From assembly GCF_009914755.1 (NCBI RefSeq), contig NC_060928.1: 64,000 bases of DNA; one strand, given 5' to 3'. Source of the DNA: the human T2T-CHM13v2.0 reference genome, Homo sapiens. This document shows positions 34,021 through 48,559 of the stretch, piece by piece; within the stretch, counting starts at the first letter, position 1, and each line of letters begins with the position of its first letter. The translations under genes were made by a program, and so were the position numbers. Below the pieces are notes generated by a model. It made no database searches and was not told the DNA's origin. It saw only the letters and a program-made list of their open reading frames with translations.

Positions 34021-37000
34021 GTAAAGTAAAATACAGAACAGTAGTAAAAAGGACAATATAGCATTGCTTAACGATTACACCAAAGATTCCTTCCATGTTG
34101 CCATTCAGTCCCTGCTAACACGGAGTTCTTCCAGAGCACCAACACAATCTCATCTTGCTTTACAAGTGAAATGCAAATTTTGCAACATGAGGTGAACCAG
34201 ACTAAATAAGCCTAATTTCCTCAGCCTTCTGTAACAGGGTTCTTACCTGGGTTTTTCCCATGAGCTCCCTGACTCTAAAGTCAGCTTAGGTGCCTCCATG
34301 GTAAATCTATGCATTACGATACTTAAAGAGGTTCCTGAACTCAGCTCTTTACATAAGAATGACTGAATAAAGAATAACTGAGCCAATAGTGAGAACTATG
34401 CTCAATTCATCAAGGTAAGACCATAAAGATATGTAGACTGTTCTGGAATAAGAGTGGCCTTCCTCCTCTCTGTGGTTCTGCTGATAACCCTTAACCCATG
34501 AACCTAAGGAAATAATTTTGACCACTGCCTAATAGGTTGTCTGGCACATAGTAAATCCTTAACAAACACTTGTGGAAATCATTAATGACACTCTTTTTGT
34601 GCATCCTACTCTGGCCTACCCACGTGGTCTACACTGTGATACCTACATCTTGCTTAGGGTCCCAATTACTTAAATGAGTTCATATTAACCAACTCTGTAA
34701 AATAATGTCTGGCGCATTTAAGCACGTTATAGATGCAATTAAATATGATCAAATAAATATATATAAATTAAATATTACTCACTTAATGTTTAGTATTAAG
34801 GGCTGAATCTGAACGTGACACTTGGTTTCTACGGAAGGCCTTGCTTTTCCCCACTATGTGTTTTGGGATGTCTGCCAGTTTTCTTGTTAACCTGGGGAGT
34901 GACTATGAGATATTGATGTTCACTTTCTGTCTAGCTTGAGTTCTCTGCCTCGTATCTGGGTTTTCATTCCAGTTATGTTCTCTCTGTGGCAATGAATGGA
35001 ATGTTTTCAATCCCCTTTGTCAGGATAAGTTATTTCAGCTTAAAGAGATCTCCCGTGCAAAGCACCAGAATCTCGTTAAACCTCTCCTGGTAAGGTTTGT
35101 TCGGAGGGCTCCTGGTGAGTCATTCCATGTCTGGATCCTGTGAGCTGCGCATAGACCCAGAGTCAGACATTGTGAGAGTACCTTTAACTGGAAGAACTCA
35201 ACCCACAAAAGGACCTTTCTACAAATACATGTGTTTTCTAACTAAAATCTGAAATCATGAAAAATATAGGAAACAAGCTAGTTTAGCATTATTGAAAGTG
35301 TTGGTCCTGCATGATGTGATTAAGAAAGGATAATTTTATGAGTTAGTGAGGCTTGATGGCATGCGTTTCTTTGTTCTTATTGTGCTAAAGGAAAATAATG
35401 AGTTGATTTCCAGAGATATAGCTAAATGTGGCTGCAAGTGTCTAGCTATTCATGTCCCTGCCCATTTATTTTCTTTAGAGATAATCAAAGCTCTTGTATA
35501 CGTTTGCACCAAACAGTAAATATGTAATGAAAATTTTTTTGAATCGGTGTCTTTCCTGAATTTATTCCCCCAAAATATTATTTCCTGAAGAAAGGAAAAG
35601 ATAAACAGAGCAAAAAATGAAATAAAGTTAGAGTAAAAACCATTTTCTTATTCTGTTTTTCTATTGCAATATCTAAAAGTTGAGAGCTTCAAACAATTAA
35701 GGGATGAGGGTCCACTGTCACCAGCTTTTGGTAAGTACGCTGATTCTATGTTCTAAAATGCTTGGCATAAACAACAGGTGAGTATAAAATAAAAAATTAA
35801 ACCACATATTTTCTTTTCTTTTTTTATTTTTAAACAAAAAAATTCACAAAAGTGCTGAATTTAACATCTAGGAGGCATTAAGTAATTACAGGAAAGTCAT
35901 ATGTTGCGTTATAAAGCAAATAAAATCTATGGTGCAATTTGATGTCTTCTCAATAACATTCACTTGATATCAACCACAGTTTACTGTAAACCTTGTCTTA
36001 TCAGTAGTCTTCATTAGAATACTTTTTCCTAACTCAGATAACTCCCCCCTTATCTCTGAGTTAGACCTCTCCTGGGGCCAGTATGTTCTACTACCAGAAC
36101 TTCAGGTCAACTTGGCTGTTAATTTCTCTCCGGGTTGCTCCTCCCAGATTCTGCCACTTTTCTCCATTTCAATCAAAAACAGGGTAAACCGTATTTTACC
36201 ATTTTAATTTTTTAGCACCTAAGAGCAGTCTGTAACTTTTCCAAAAGTTAAACTTAAATTTGCTTTCACAAAAACGCTACAGATTTTTAATTATGCCTAA
36301 ATCCTTAAATGGAAGAGATTCATTTAGGAAACGCAATCTTATAAAAATGTGTTAGAACCCCCTTTGAGCTGTGCTCACTGCATACCCAAGAATACATGGA
36401 CTTGCCCAGTGCCCCTAAGGGAAAGGCCCATGCAAATGAGGAAAGATGTGTAAGAACAGCTATTTTTTTCCAAAGACTTTAGCTTTCTGGGTTTGCCTGC
36501 ATTTTATCATCTGCTGATAAATATCTGAGTCAAAGGTAGAAAGAAAGACATGCTGGGGGTACAGGAAAATTGGGTTAAGTCAGCAACTAGAAAGCTGTGG
36601 GTTGTGGTTTTTTGCTTTTCGTCCTTTTGTTGAAGAGGACAAAGGAATGTGCATTGATAGGAAAACCTAATCCGGGGTAGTGAACTGAAACCCCCCCCTC
36701 CCCACAGCTCTCACCTCTCCTGCTGGGGTCGGGGGTGCAGAGAAGAAGGTGAGTGGAGAGAGAAATGGAAGATGAGGAGACGAGGGTTTAAAGGGAGGGA
36801 GAAGGACAGAAGTGGATCAAGGGAGAGAAGGAGGGAGGGCAGAAGCCAGAGGGAGAAACAGTAGCCCCACCTAAAACACACCAAAAGCCTCCAAGGAAAG
36901 CTTTGAAAATAAGACCCTGCAGGAAGCACTTTTAGAAACCACAGACTTTTCTTCAATACAGGGGCAAATGAGGAGAAAAAAAAATGCTAAGAACAAGAGG

Positions 37001-38076
37001 CATGGAAGACAGAAAAGAGAGGAAGAAGGCCAAACCTCACCTCCTAATCATTCTGCCTGAGGTGCTGAAAGCATTTCTTAATAAAGTGTGAAGTTTCAGC
37101 TGAATCCAAATTTCTGGCATTGGAAGCAATGCCAGAGCCACTTATGAAAAAGAAAATCTTCTCTTTTTCTTAAAGTGAAGAAAATCCTGTGTTTTCCTAC
37201 AAGGTCTTCTCCATCCCAAATAACCTAGACTCTTCCATTCATTTACTGAAAGAGACTGTAACAACAGGAACAGATGAGGAACTCTCTACAAGGCCAGCCT
37301 GACCCACAGTTTACCAGTGTCTTTCAGGAGACCCTAATGTTCTCATCCCCAATCTGGAAGTGCCATCCCCAAGAACACACAACAGCAACAGCCCCACCCT
37401 TCATCACAAAGCTGTGCAGAACGTCTCAGTGACGTGCTAGTTTTGAACAATGATACAATAGGGTTGTTGCCAACCACAGGGAAAACAGGGATATTTAATA
37501 AACAGTGCTGCCATGATTGATAATCTGCTTGAAAAAAAGAATAAAGTTAGACTCCTATTTCACTTTGCTCCATATATGCAAATAATCCCAAATGGATTTA
37601 AATGCAATAAAAGAAGAAAATTTAGAATTGGGGGTTTAGAATTGGAAAGACCTTCTCTAATAAAATTTTTTAAAACCTAGGAGCCATTTTTTAAAAATAG
37701 GGAGAGGCATATTTGACTAGATAAACATTTCAAAATCTTGTATTAAAAAATCACAAAAAATAAGGTCACTTATTTGGGCCAATAATTTATTAAATAACTC
37801 CACCTACTGAATTTGGGTGATGGTAATCATTCAAAATGGCAATAATGGATCTTATGTTCTGACTCTGTAAGTATAGAGTAGAATATTATTAGAGACTGTA
37901 AATCTGGTCCATGCCTCCCTGCACTGCCATGGGTCTGATCACTTGTCTCAGGGTCTTTCACCCCCTGAGTTTCATGATTGGCTATTCTAACAGATATGGA
38001 GTTCACTGGAGGGCCAAGGAATCACATATCTCTGTTTTAACAATCTCTAAAGTGCTTAGAATATAATATGAAAAAG

Positions 38077-38491
38077 TGTTGGGGGGTGTGTGTGGAGGGA
38101 TGTGTGTGGGAGTGTGGATGTGTGGGGGTGGTGTGTGGTGGGTGTGTAGGACGTGTATGGGGGAATGTGAGGGGGGTTGTGACTGTGGGGGGTGGGTTGT
38201 GTGTGGGTGTGTGTGGGGTGTGGGTGAGTGCGGGGGTGTTGGATGTGTGGGTGTGTGGATGGGTGTGTGGGGGGTGGGTGTGTGTGGGGGTGTGCATGTG
38301 GGGGGGTGTGTGTATGTGGGTGGGTGTGGGTGTGTGGGTGGATCTGTGTGTGGGTATGTGTGTGCTGGTGGGTGTGTAGGTGTGTGGGGGTGGGTGTGAC
38401 TGTGAGGGGGTGTGAGTGTGAGTATGGGGGGTTGGATGTGTGGGTGTGGGGGGGCTGGGAGGAGGTGTGGGTGTTGGGGGGTGTATGCGTG

Positions 38492-38524
<33 letters not shown>
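38077..38524. repeat. ~450-bp G/T-rich low-complexity tract ending in (GT)n
   Basis: Irregular (GGGTGT)-type units with many G3-G6 runs; near-pure GT dinucleotide repeat at ~38494-38523. Confidence 0.95.
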
Positions 38525-38527
<3 letters not shown>

Positions 38528-38759
38528 TCTTTGTAATGAAGAAGAAGAGGGAAGAAGCAGTTAAACTTTAAACCAGACATACTTATCCTCAAAATAGTTG
38601 TGGTGATATTATACCCTCATACTTTGTACTACAAATACATTTATTGGTTTGTAAAATATATAATCAGTTTATGAAAATATCCCTTATAAGAAGAGTAAGA
38701 AAACCAGTAAAAATGTAAAACAACCACATGGAAATTATGTCTGATTCCTTCTTCTCCAT

Positions 38760-38902
38760 TTTATTTTATTTTTACCTTTTTTCTTTGAGATGGAATCTGA
38801 CCATGTTGGCCAGACTGGTCTTGAACTCCTGGGCTCAAGCGATCCTCCCACCTTGGCCCCCCAAAGTGCTGGGTTTTTAGGTGTCGGCCACTGTGCCCAG
38901 CC
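38760..38902 (-). mobile_element. Alu monomer (FLAM_C-like) in the distal KDR 3'UTR
   Basis: Minus strand ggctgggcacagtggc...gaggatcgcttgagcccaggagttcaagaccag, followed by an A-rich tail. Confidence 0.85.
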
Positions 38903-38980
38903 ACCCCCTCTTCCATTTTAGAAATGATGGGTACAGTAATGCAACCTTGCAAAGGGATTCCTTCAAGTTTTTCAATGTTC

Positions 38981-38986
38981 TTTAAT
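38981..38986 (-). promoter_or_regulatory. KDR: KDR poly(A) signal ATTAAA
   Basis: tttaat on the plus strand; several TGTA motifs lie upstream on the minus strand. Confidence 0.7.
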
Positions 38987-40421
38987 AAAATGACATCAAT
39001 TGCTGAAAGCATTATGACCTTTGTTATGCTACATAATACTGATACAAAATGTGAATAGTACAAAGTTCATTATATATAAGGCTTTAATATATTACATTTG
39101 TTTCTACATAAACAGACTATAAATATATGTGCCATAGCATGTCTTATAGTCATTGTTCCCAGCATTTCACACTATGGTACCAAACAAAAAACACATTTTC
39201 TTTTTTGAAAAAAAGGACAGAACAAGGGCAAAAATCAGTAGAAATAGCTCTATATGTTAAAAGTCTAAATAATACAATAGATGTTATAATTTGGGCTATA
39301 AAATAATTTTGAAGTCTGGCTAATAATCATTCAGAGAGTGAACAAACCCAATCAGGTTTACTGGAGTAGAGGCCAAATAACTAAAATACTGATGGGTTGC
39401 GGGGTGAGAGTGGGTTGGGGACAGGGGGAAGAACAAAAGGGTAAAATCCTTCCTGAAACTTTGACACCACACACAGCTTCACATTGAACCTCCCGCATTC
39501 AGTCTCAGACATATCACATCAGGACAGATATGAGGGTATTCATTCCAGAAGAAACCAGAAGCTGGTTTGTGCAGTCAGAACTCTTCAACACGGCAGGGAG
39601 CCTTGAGCTGAATGTCCTTTCTTTGTGGTATTCTGAATAAAGGATCAGCCTGGGAGACAAGGAGCCAGAGCTGCATCATTTCCTTCCTGGGGCTTGGCCA
39701 GGAGACACGTAACGGTCTGGAAGGAACTCTCATTAGGAGTCAGAAACAGCACAACGAACTCTACTTTAGCCCAACTCGAAGAACACGCAACCTTCTAAAA
39801 CCAGAAACCCCGTCTGAACCCTTTACATTTCAGAACAGACCCCATGCCCACCTCCACCAGAGCAAACACAATGCATTTGCAGGCTCCAGTACTCTCCAAA
39901 GCAAGGTAACGTTAGTCTTCCTTTCTATCAATCCGAATTCCACACTTAAGGCTTGGCTTGGGACCCACGTCCTAAACAAAGCCTCTTGGATAGACTCAGC
40001 CCTGCAAATCCTTCCCATCTTCAACACCTCGAACACTTACATTGCCTGGTTTATCTTCTAGTTTTACAGAAGTGTCAGCTCCCCAGGTACTGCTACTTCT
40101 TTGAGGATGGGGCCATTTCTTGAACGTCTTTGTTCTAAACCCATGGTGAGACCCGCAGCAGGGGGCATGATAAATGCTTTTTAAATGAATGAAAAAGAGG
40201 ATCAGGTCAACACTGGGAGAAGACACAGACACATTCTTGGGTCACAAGCCTCTTCCAGGATATGCCTAGAAGACTGGCTCCCTGCAGTCCGAGGTCCTTT
40301 TTCTGTTGTCGAAATGAAAATCAAATGCGGCTACTTCCTGCTGGTGGAAAGAACAACACTTGAAAATCTGAGCAGCACCTCTCATGTGATGTCCGGGAGT
40401 TGGGGGTGTGGATGCTTCCTT

Positions 40422-40832
<411 letters not shown>

Positions 40833-42435
40833 TTAGTAGTTGCAGATAAGTCCTCTTACTCAGGTCCAAGTCTTTCAAGCCTCAAATGAGATGAAAGGCA
40901 GTTCTCTCGAGTTATGCAAAGGCCCCAACTGATGGAACATGTTTATGGCCTCGCAGATTGACAAATTTGTATACAGTGACAGGCGCCAAAGGGCCACTTG
41001 CATGATATTCAAGGAAATTGGGATGTTCTTAAATTTCACTTGTGCTTTTCCTATTGTGGCAATTTGGGAATTACGGGGCATGTGTATGGTTGTAATAAAG
41101 CTCTTGAGCAACTTTAAACTTTAATAACTTGAAGCATGTGTGCAGTCAAGCCAGACATATCAAACGCTGCTTTTTACTCATCAAAACCACATTCCTTGGA
41201 AGGACTGAGAACCCCTGTCACTCAGCAGCAACTAGAAAATGTTTTCAATGGCATGGAATCCTGACAGACGGTAATCATGTCAAAGCCTAGAAATGCAGGC
41301 TGTGTTGATCTAAAACTTCAGGATTTACACTTTCACAAGCCATTCTAAGGTGTTTTTTCCCGGTAATAGGTGTTTTCCCCAACTTCTTCATGTTAAAACT
41401 GCAAAAGGGAATTTTAGTAACTCGTGTTTATACATAGTTTAAAAGTTACTTCAAATAATGAGAAATACAATTTTTTCTTTCAATTCAACCCCAACAAAAC
41501 TAATGTAGGTGTCTCAAGCAATGGCATGGTGCTCTGCACATGATACTTGCCGAATAAACATTTTTTGAATCAATGAATGAAACATATCATTGACTTTCAC
41601 AATTTCTTACCTTGGGCCTTAAAGAAAACAATAAAATAGCACAATGGCACCTTTTAATATGTTGGGGTTTTTTTTGTTTGTTTTCTTTTTGGTATGAGCA
41701 TTATTCAAAAACCCATGAGTATTCCCATTTTATATAAAAGATTATAAGCAGATCAAAACCTCCTCTATTCTTACCTTTAGGTAAGAATACTCTAGCAAAT
41801 AAACTCCAGCAAATACATAACTACACTTATTCTATTATTCTTATAAATATAGATTTTCATTGATTTGTTATGTTAAGAGAACGTACACGTATTCAAGACA
41901 CCTACAAATTCCTACTGAGCCATAGAAGGGAGATTATATTTAAAACTAATTTTAATACTTTTCTCACAATGAAATACTTCGAATTCAGACAATAATATTT
42001 AAATGTCTCAAACAAATAGATATTGGCTTATTTATATATCATACTTCTTAAGCACAGATGCACCCATTTGTATACAGACTTAAAAATTCTTCAGAGTCCA
42101 CAAAGATTGTAATCATATTGACAGCTTTACGGATCACATCCAATCACCTTTTTCATTTAGCCATTACTGACCACAGTAAATATACACAGAAATTCCCTAG
42201 TATTCATGAATTCTCATAAAAATTGACCAAATTCTCTAATTTATTTCAGATTATTTTTAGATTTATCACTTAATTTTATTGTGTGGTTAGTTTCCATTCT
42301 TTATTTGTTAAATTGATGCTAATTTCTCCAACCAACAAAGACCCCATAGGGAAAATTCTGCACTTACACTGAAAGTCCTAAGTTCCTTCCAAAAATTCCT
42401 ATTGAAATTTGTCTTTTTAATGTGGCTGAGTCTTA

Positions 42436-42579
<144 letters not shown>

Positions 42580-43016
42580 TTAATTAAGCTGATTTCTCAA
42601 CCCATCTATCATGTCTATCAAATAAGGTCCTGTGGAAGAACATAAAGGTATCATAGCCACAAATTGTCCAAGCTACAAAAGGAAGCAACTGCTTCCTATG
42701 AGTAGACACAGGCCAGGGAGAAGAGAAAATTTACAAATCAGCAGCTGAGAATGCCTGTTACCATCGCTGTCTTCACTATGACACTACTTGCACTTTAGTG
42801 AAATTGGTCAGAAAGCTACACTGTCTTGAACCTTGGACCAAGGGCTTTACTTATGAAAAAAACAAAGTTCCATCTCCATAATGACCCCATGATACACACA
42901 CTCGAGGGCAGCCTTCTAATGAGGCTCCAAAACTTTAATGCTTAGGCTAATATTTATCTAGCTAGTGTTTCATCCTTTGTATTATTTCTAAGACTATTTT
43001 TAAAAGACGTACTTAC

Positions 43017-43116
43017 ATCTGGGATTACTTTTACTTCTGGTTCTTCTAACGGGATATCTTCAAATGTTTTTACACTCACAGGCCGGCTCTTTCGCTTACT
43101 GTTCTGCAGATACTGA
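43017..43116 (-). CDS. KDR: VEGFR2 exon 28
   Basis: [33 protein letters not shown]; cag|...|gtaagt; 100 nt. Confidence 0.97.
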
Positions 43117-46100
43117 CTGCAAAAGAACAAATATTTATATTTTAGTGGTGGTATATTTGACTGCAGATCGGCTACCTAAGTTCATTATCTTTCAACCACA
43201 AACTTAATAGCAACCTTCAAAACATCCTTTAGAAAAACAAAACAAAATAAAAATCTTTCTCTGCTAGCACACATGGAAGGCTTAATTTCCTGAGAAAGTA
43301 CATTTAAAAGTATAATATAACTGAGGAGTCTCGATGAGCCTGTTCTTTTGAATCCTACTTCTGAGGTCCAGTTCTGGACTAAAGACAACAACAGCAGATG
43401 GAGTGATCAACTGCCTTCTACTTGGCTTCCTGATTGCATGGGATTCCTCCATCGAGCTCTGGATATATTACTGAGTGTTTCACATCTGTCTGGCCATCTC
43501 CTGGGAAAGTTTTTCTGGATAATGCTCACAGAGCAACCATTCAATGAAAGATAGGCAGAGGAAACATCTGAAGGTCTCCTTAAAGGATACTGAACCCAGC
43601 AGTGATTTGAAGACAACCTCTTCCTCCTCCATGTAACAGAGGCTTGGTGTGCAAAGAGAAGGTGGGCTGAGTCTCACTGTCCCCTCGTTTTCGCCCCCAG
43701 AGTTGCTGTCTCAGGAAAGAGCAGTGGTTTGAGAATAACAAGATATTTTGCCTATTTCAGAGTCTACCACTGACTGCAGAAACTTGAGAAAGTCATGAAT
43801 ATTTCTGTGACCCTCTTGTCCCATCTATAAGATGTGTTGGCAGTAGCACTCCCTCCCCAGCTCACAGGGATGTTGGGAAGATGAATGACATAGAGAATGT
43901 TGGGCTTATTGCTCTTAGGAAGAATAATGCCCTCTTCAAACAAAGCTCATTTTTCTCCTTTGACTTCCAAAGCTTCCTTCAGGAGTCCAAAGAATAAGAC
44001 TTGTTGAACAACAGATCCTCTCCTTCTTGAGAATGCTCCTTCCCGGCCGTGTGGCTTTGGGTGAGTCTAGTTGATGCTATCAAAATCACTTACAGCCCAA
44101 GTGGAGGGAAGGGAAGTCCTATTCACTGGAAGGGCCCACCGAGACAGAAAATACATTCTTCATTCCTATACCAGCCTACTTCCCACTACAAGCAGACTTC
44201 TGGAACATGCTGCATAGACCTTGGGCCAAAGGAGAAGAATGGAAATTAATTCTCTCTCCCCTACCCCAAGAGGCTGGTTCCTCCCTATAGAGAGAGGAGA
44301 GAATGAGATTTTCCGGTGACATCCTCACTCAGGAAACTCCACAAGTTAAGAGGATATGATACACAGGGTGCAAGCAAAGCCTACTTTCTAAGTCCAACCC
44401 CTAAAAGTAACAGTTGTCAAACACTACTGGTACCGTAGTCAATCATTCCTGCATTCACTTGTTCAGGAAGCCCTCACTGATAATCTGCCGCAAGCCTGAC
44501 ACTGTGCCAGAAGCTGTCTAAGCAGCATCTCATGATGTGTTCACCACGGTACCTCTCTAGGGGTGAGTATTACTATCCCAACTCTTCAGATGAGGAAACC
44601 AAGGCATAGAAAATTTGAGGAACTTATCCAAAATCACATAACTGGAATGTTTGGATTATTATTTTGAGGGCAATGAAGAGCCACTGAAGGATTTTAGGCA
44701 TGGGATTGACAAGATCAGATATGCCCTTTAGAGAATTGACTCTGGATTGAAAAGAATAAGACTAGAGGCATAAGACCCAAGAGACAAATACTGCACTTCT
44801 TCAGGAGAAAGAAAGGCAGCTTGGCTAGAAAAAGGGAATGCCCATGAGGTTTGGAGACATGGGCTCATTCTAGAGATATCTAGGGGATAGAATCAACTAG
44901 GGTTGGCGAGTTTGGACAATAATTCAGCTGCCTTAGAAAGGACAGCTCCTTAAATTCTTAATCCAGTAATTTTTTAAATGGCATGATCCTCTCATGATTG
45001 ACAAAGCATTTTCACAGACAATGGTGCATCTGTTTCTCCTAAGACGGAGAAACAGGTCTTTTAACTATTTCCCCTTTGGAGATGAGGGAGTCAAGGATTA
45101 GGGAGAAAATGGCTAATAAAAGGTAGAACTGGGACTCAAACTTAGGCCTTCAGACACTAAAGCCCATGTGAAGTTTTTGTTTTGTTTTACTCTACTCCAT
45201 ACAGACTCCCTTGGAAGAGTATCAGGAGGGAAAAGAAAGAAGAAAACAGCAGACACAATTGTTCAAGCCATTATTAAGCACCCAGTATGTGCACAGCACT
45301 GTTCTCTTGTCATGCATGCACTGATCATGCAGTAGCAGGGTCAGGGGTGTAAGTACGGGGTATGAAACAGACAAAAAGTGCAGAAAGGACAGTCCCACTG
45401 CAAACAGTCTAATGGTAGAGCCAAACTCAGGAATACCTAGCTAGCAGGCTGCCCCAAGCATCAATCTACAAGGGCCATTTAATCATCCCTAACAATTACA
45501 AAATGAAGAAAATGGTATGTACCAAAACCTTTCTCTAAGAGAGAACTGCAAAGAAATTTTTGATAAGCTGCTTGATGTGTGAGGTGAAACTCCCAGGGAA
45601 AATGACAGAGCAATTGCCGATGGTCCCCAAACTGCCCTCAAAGAAAGATGAGCCCAGCAAGTATGTGTTTTCTTGCAGGAAGCATGCAAACTTGAGGCCA
45701 GAGCTGGTCCACAGGGGAAATTAGAGGCAAAGCTAAGTCTAGACATGAGTGGTCCCTCCCCCACACACTTCTCAGCCTTTTCTCTAAATAAATGCTAAGT
45801 AAATATTTTTCAAATGGTTTAAAGGGGCAACAAATCATGAAGCTAGCTCCCACAGTGATATCTCTGTCCAACTCTATTTATAATGCAATAGAATTGAAAA
45901 TTAGAAGGAGAAAGACTGCTCAGCTTTTGTACTTGGCCAGAAATGCGTAAGAGGATAGAACAAGCTCCCTGAGAAGTACCCCAGCCTCAACTCATTCTCC
46001 CCAGAGAAACAGAACCCCAGGAGAGCAACAGAATGAAGCATGCCGTGTGCAAATGCCTCTATCTGCTTTTCTTCAAAACCAGATGATTAAAATGTGACCG

Positions 46101-48087
46101 TGAGTTTTATTTTATAGAAAGGAAAAAAGGTGGAGGAGGTGGAGAGGAGATGCAGACAAAAGATTCCAATTTCCATTTTATTTTTCAAATTATGGCTGGA
46201 TAAAAGAGAAACTGGGCTGGAAAAACCAATTCAAAAATCACAGACAGAAAATAGGAGCCAGGCCTGTGCTGGGAGTGTGGTGTCACATTTGTCCACGCTT
46301 CTGGGGATAAACGTTAGCAGCCCTTCTATATATCCAACATCGTATTTGGTGCTTCCATTACACAAACATGATTTCTTCTCCTGCTCAGCACCATATGCAA
46401 AGCACCCGGTGAGCCAGGAGGCTGCCGACTCGGATCATCACTCTACTTGGTCACAGAAAACACATGGAATGTAGTTCATGATCAAATGGCTTTCCGATAA
46501 AGGGGGAGGCAATAATGGTGTGTGGGAACAACTGTCACACTAAAAGGCCAGCTCAACTTGAACTGGAAATGTGTAAACACAGGAGTGGAATTGTAGTCTC
46601 ATCTCATTACTGATTCTCTCTGAGGGCCCTCCTTGGCATGGGAGGAAACAACATGGACTTAGGGGTCAGAGGAACTGGATTCATCTCAAGGATGTGATTT
46701 TAAGCAGCTCACTTAATAGGTATCTTTTACTGAGTGCTTTCAAGGGCCAGGTGCTTAGAAATAGATTATATCTTATAACTCTCAAAACAGCCATTTTCAA
46801 ACAGCACCACTGACCTTGTCTCATTTCACAGATAAAGAAACTGAGGCAGAGGGTAGATGATTTGCCCCAAGTTGCACAGCTGCTACAAGACAGACTTGGG
46901 GGTCCTACTCATTTCTATCTGACTCTAATACCTGATCTTTAACTACAAGTTTGTACTGCCCTCAGGTAATAGAACTGAGCCTCATGTTCAATAATACATC
47001 AAAAAAAAAGATCATTGTTTCTACCTTGCCTGACTCTGAGTGTCATGATGTGGGCAACATCTGATAATATACGGCAAAGTTCTTTAAAAACATGCCTAAT
47101 GCTTTTGACTTCAATGGAACGGTCAGCTGTCTTGCTGGCTTCTAAGCTTTCTTCCTTCCCATCAGTGTTTCTGCTGCCCCACACGACTCTAGAGGGCAAA
47201 CTGTCCACGAGTTTCTCCTTAGCATCCCCTGCCATGTGGCAACCTGGCCAAGTTCTGGACATGAGAGAGCTCCCTGCCCCTCCCTGCAGCCCAGGCACAC
47301 TCGGGCTGGCAGGCTGGACCCATGCTGTCAGGGGTTCCATTAAAGCAGGAAAACACCCAAACGGGTTAGGAAAGAAACAAAGCAAAATGAAGTAGTCCCA
47401 GCCTTAGTAAAGGGCAATTTTAATATCATATTGTAGAAAACCACACCAACTCTTTCCTTATGCACAGGTGCTGGGAGAGAGAAAAAAGAAAGCTGCCTTT
47501 AGAACCCCTCTGCAAATCAGGAAAGGACTGCAGTGCATGTGTTTTAAATAAGCCCAGACATCCCATTATGCAAATAAAATGCTGAAAATCAGACGTGGGA
47601 GGGGCTTCTGAGATGCAGTGTCCAGTCTAATTCCGGACACAGACCCATGGCTTTCTGTATCCTTGCCAGAGAGCCATAAGCATGTTCTCATGCAAGCACA
47701 GAACTCTTCCTTTCTGAATCTCTCCTAAGCCATTTAATTCACATTAATAAAAGCATACACGGGGATAATTTAAATGCAGATGTCTTTGTAAAACTCGTCT
47801 CTTTATTCTGGAAATTAGCAAACTGTGGCATTCCAGCTATTGCAGCTGCAGGGCTTGGAATTCTTAAAGGCAATGCTGTGGCAGCAGCGTGGGCTACAGA
47901 TGGGAGGAAGCACACCTACCCAGGCCCTCTTCCAGGAGCATTCCCCATTATGTTAACCTCAGGGCTAAGGTTATGTGGAAGTGGGATGCAACAGCCTTAG
48001 ACAAGGTCTTCCTTCCACTTCCAATCCCCCTCCCGAGATGGCCTTGAAGTCACCCTCCCCCGGGGGATGTTAGGCCATATACAGTAC

Positions 48088-48239
48088 CTGATTCCTGCTG
48101 TGTTGTCATAATGGAATTTGGGGTCACATACTTCCTCCTCCTCCATACAGGAAACAGGTGAGGTAGGCAGAGAGAGTCCAGAATCCTCTTCCATGCTCAA
48201 AGTCTCTGATATCGGAAGAACAATGTAGTCTTTGCCATC
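48088..48239 (-). CDS. KDR: VEGFR2 exon 27 (Y1175, Y1214)
   Basis: [23 protein letters not shown]...FHYDNTAGI; 152 nt; AG/GT. Confidence 0.98.
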
Positions 48240-48559
48240 CTGAAACAATAAACACAGAAGACTGTTGTTATGGCTTCAGTTCTTCAAGTGCCTTTTCATT
48301 AAAAACAAAGGGCACAGGGACTTCTTGGCTACATAGGGTGTGTGGCTTTCATATCTGAACATAGAACTTTAAGACAACAATACAAATCATGTGTCAGAAA
48401 CAAAAAGCTGTTGAAATGGAAGGTATATTAAAGGAGAGAACTAAAAACAAGATGGGTAAGCAGCCCACAGGGAAGTGCAGTTACAATGAAGAGAAAGCAG
48501 GCTGTGGTCAGAGAGGTAACAACAGAACACAAGGAGCTACATAGAACAAAAAATCACTC

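Larger units (their letters stand above)
38740..40421 (-). other. KDR: KDR 3'UTR (proximal end ~38960; distal extension to ~38740)
   Basis: Follows the TAA stop at 40422-40424; poly(A) hexamers at 39083-39088, 38981-38986 and 38760-38770. End points are approximate. Confidence 0.8.

Noticed and set aside
38037-38592. Five overlapping His/Thr/Pro- or Val/Cys/Gly-rich ORFs
   Set aside because: Artefacts of a stop-poor G/T low-complexity tract.
43600-43680. Intron 27 segment translating to ...LCYMEEEEV, resembling exon 27 SCMEEEEV
   Set aside because: Similarity is limited to a short low-complexity GAG/GAA run; flanks do not align and no convincing splice sites. Probably chance.
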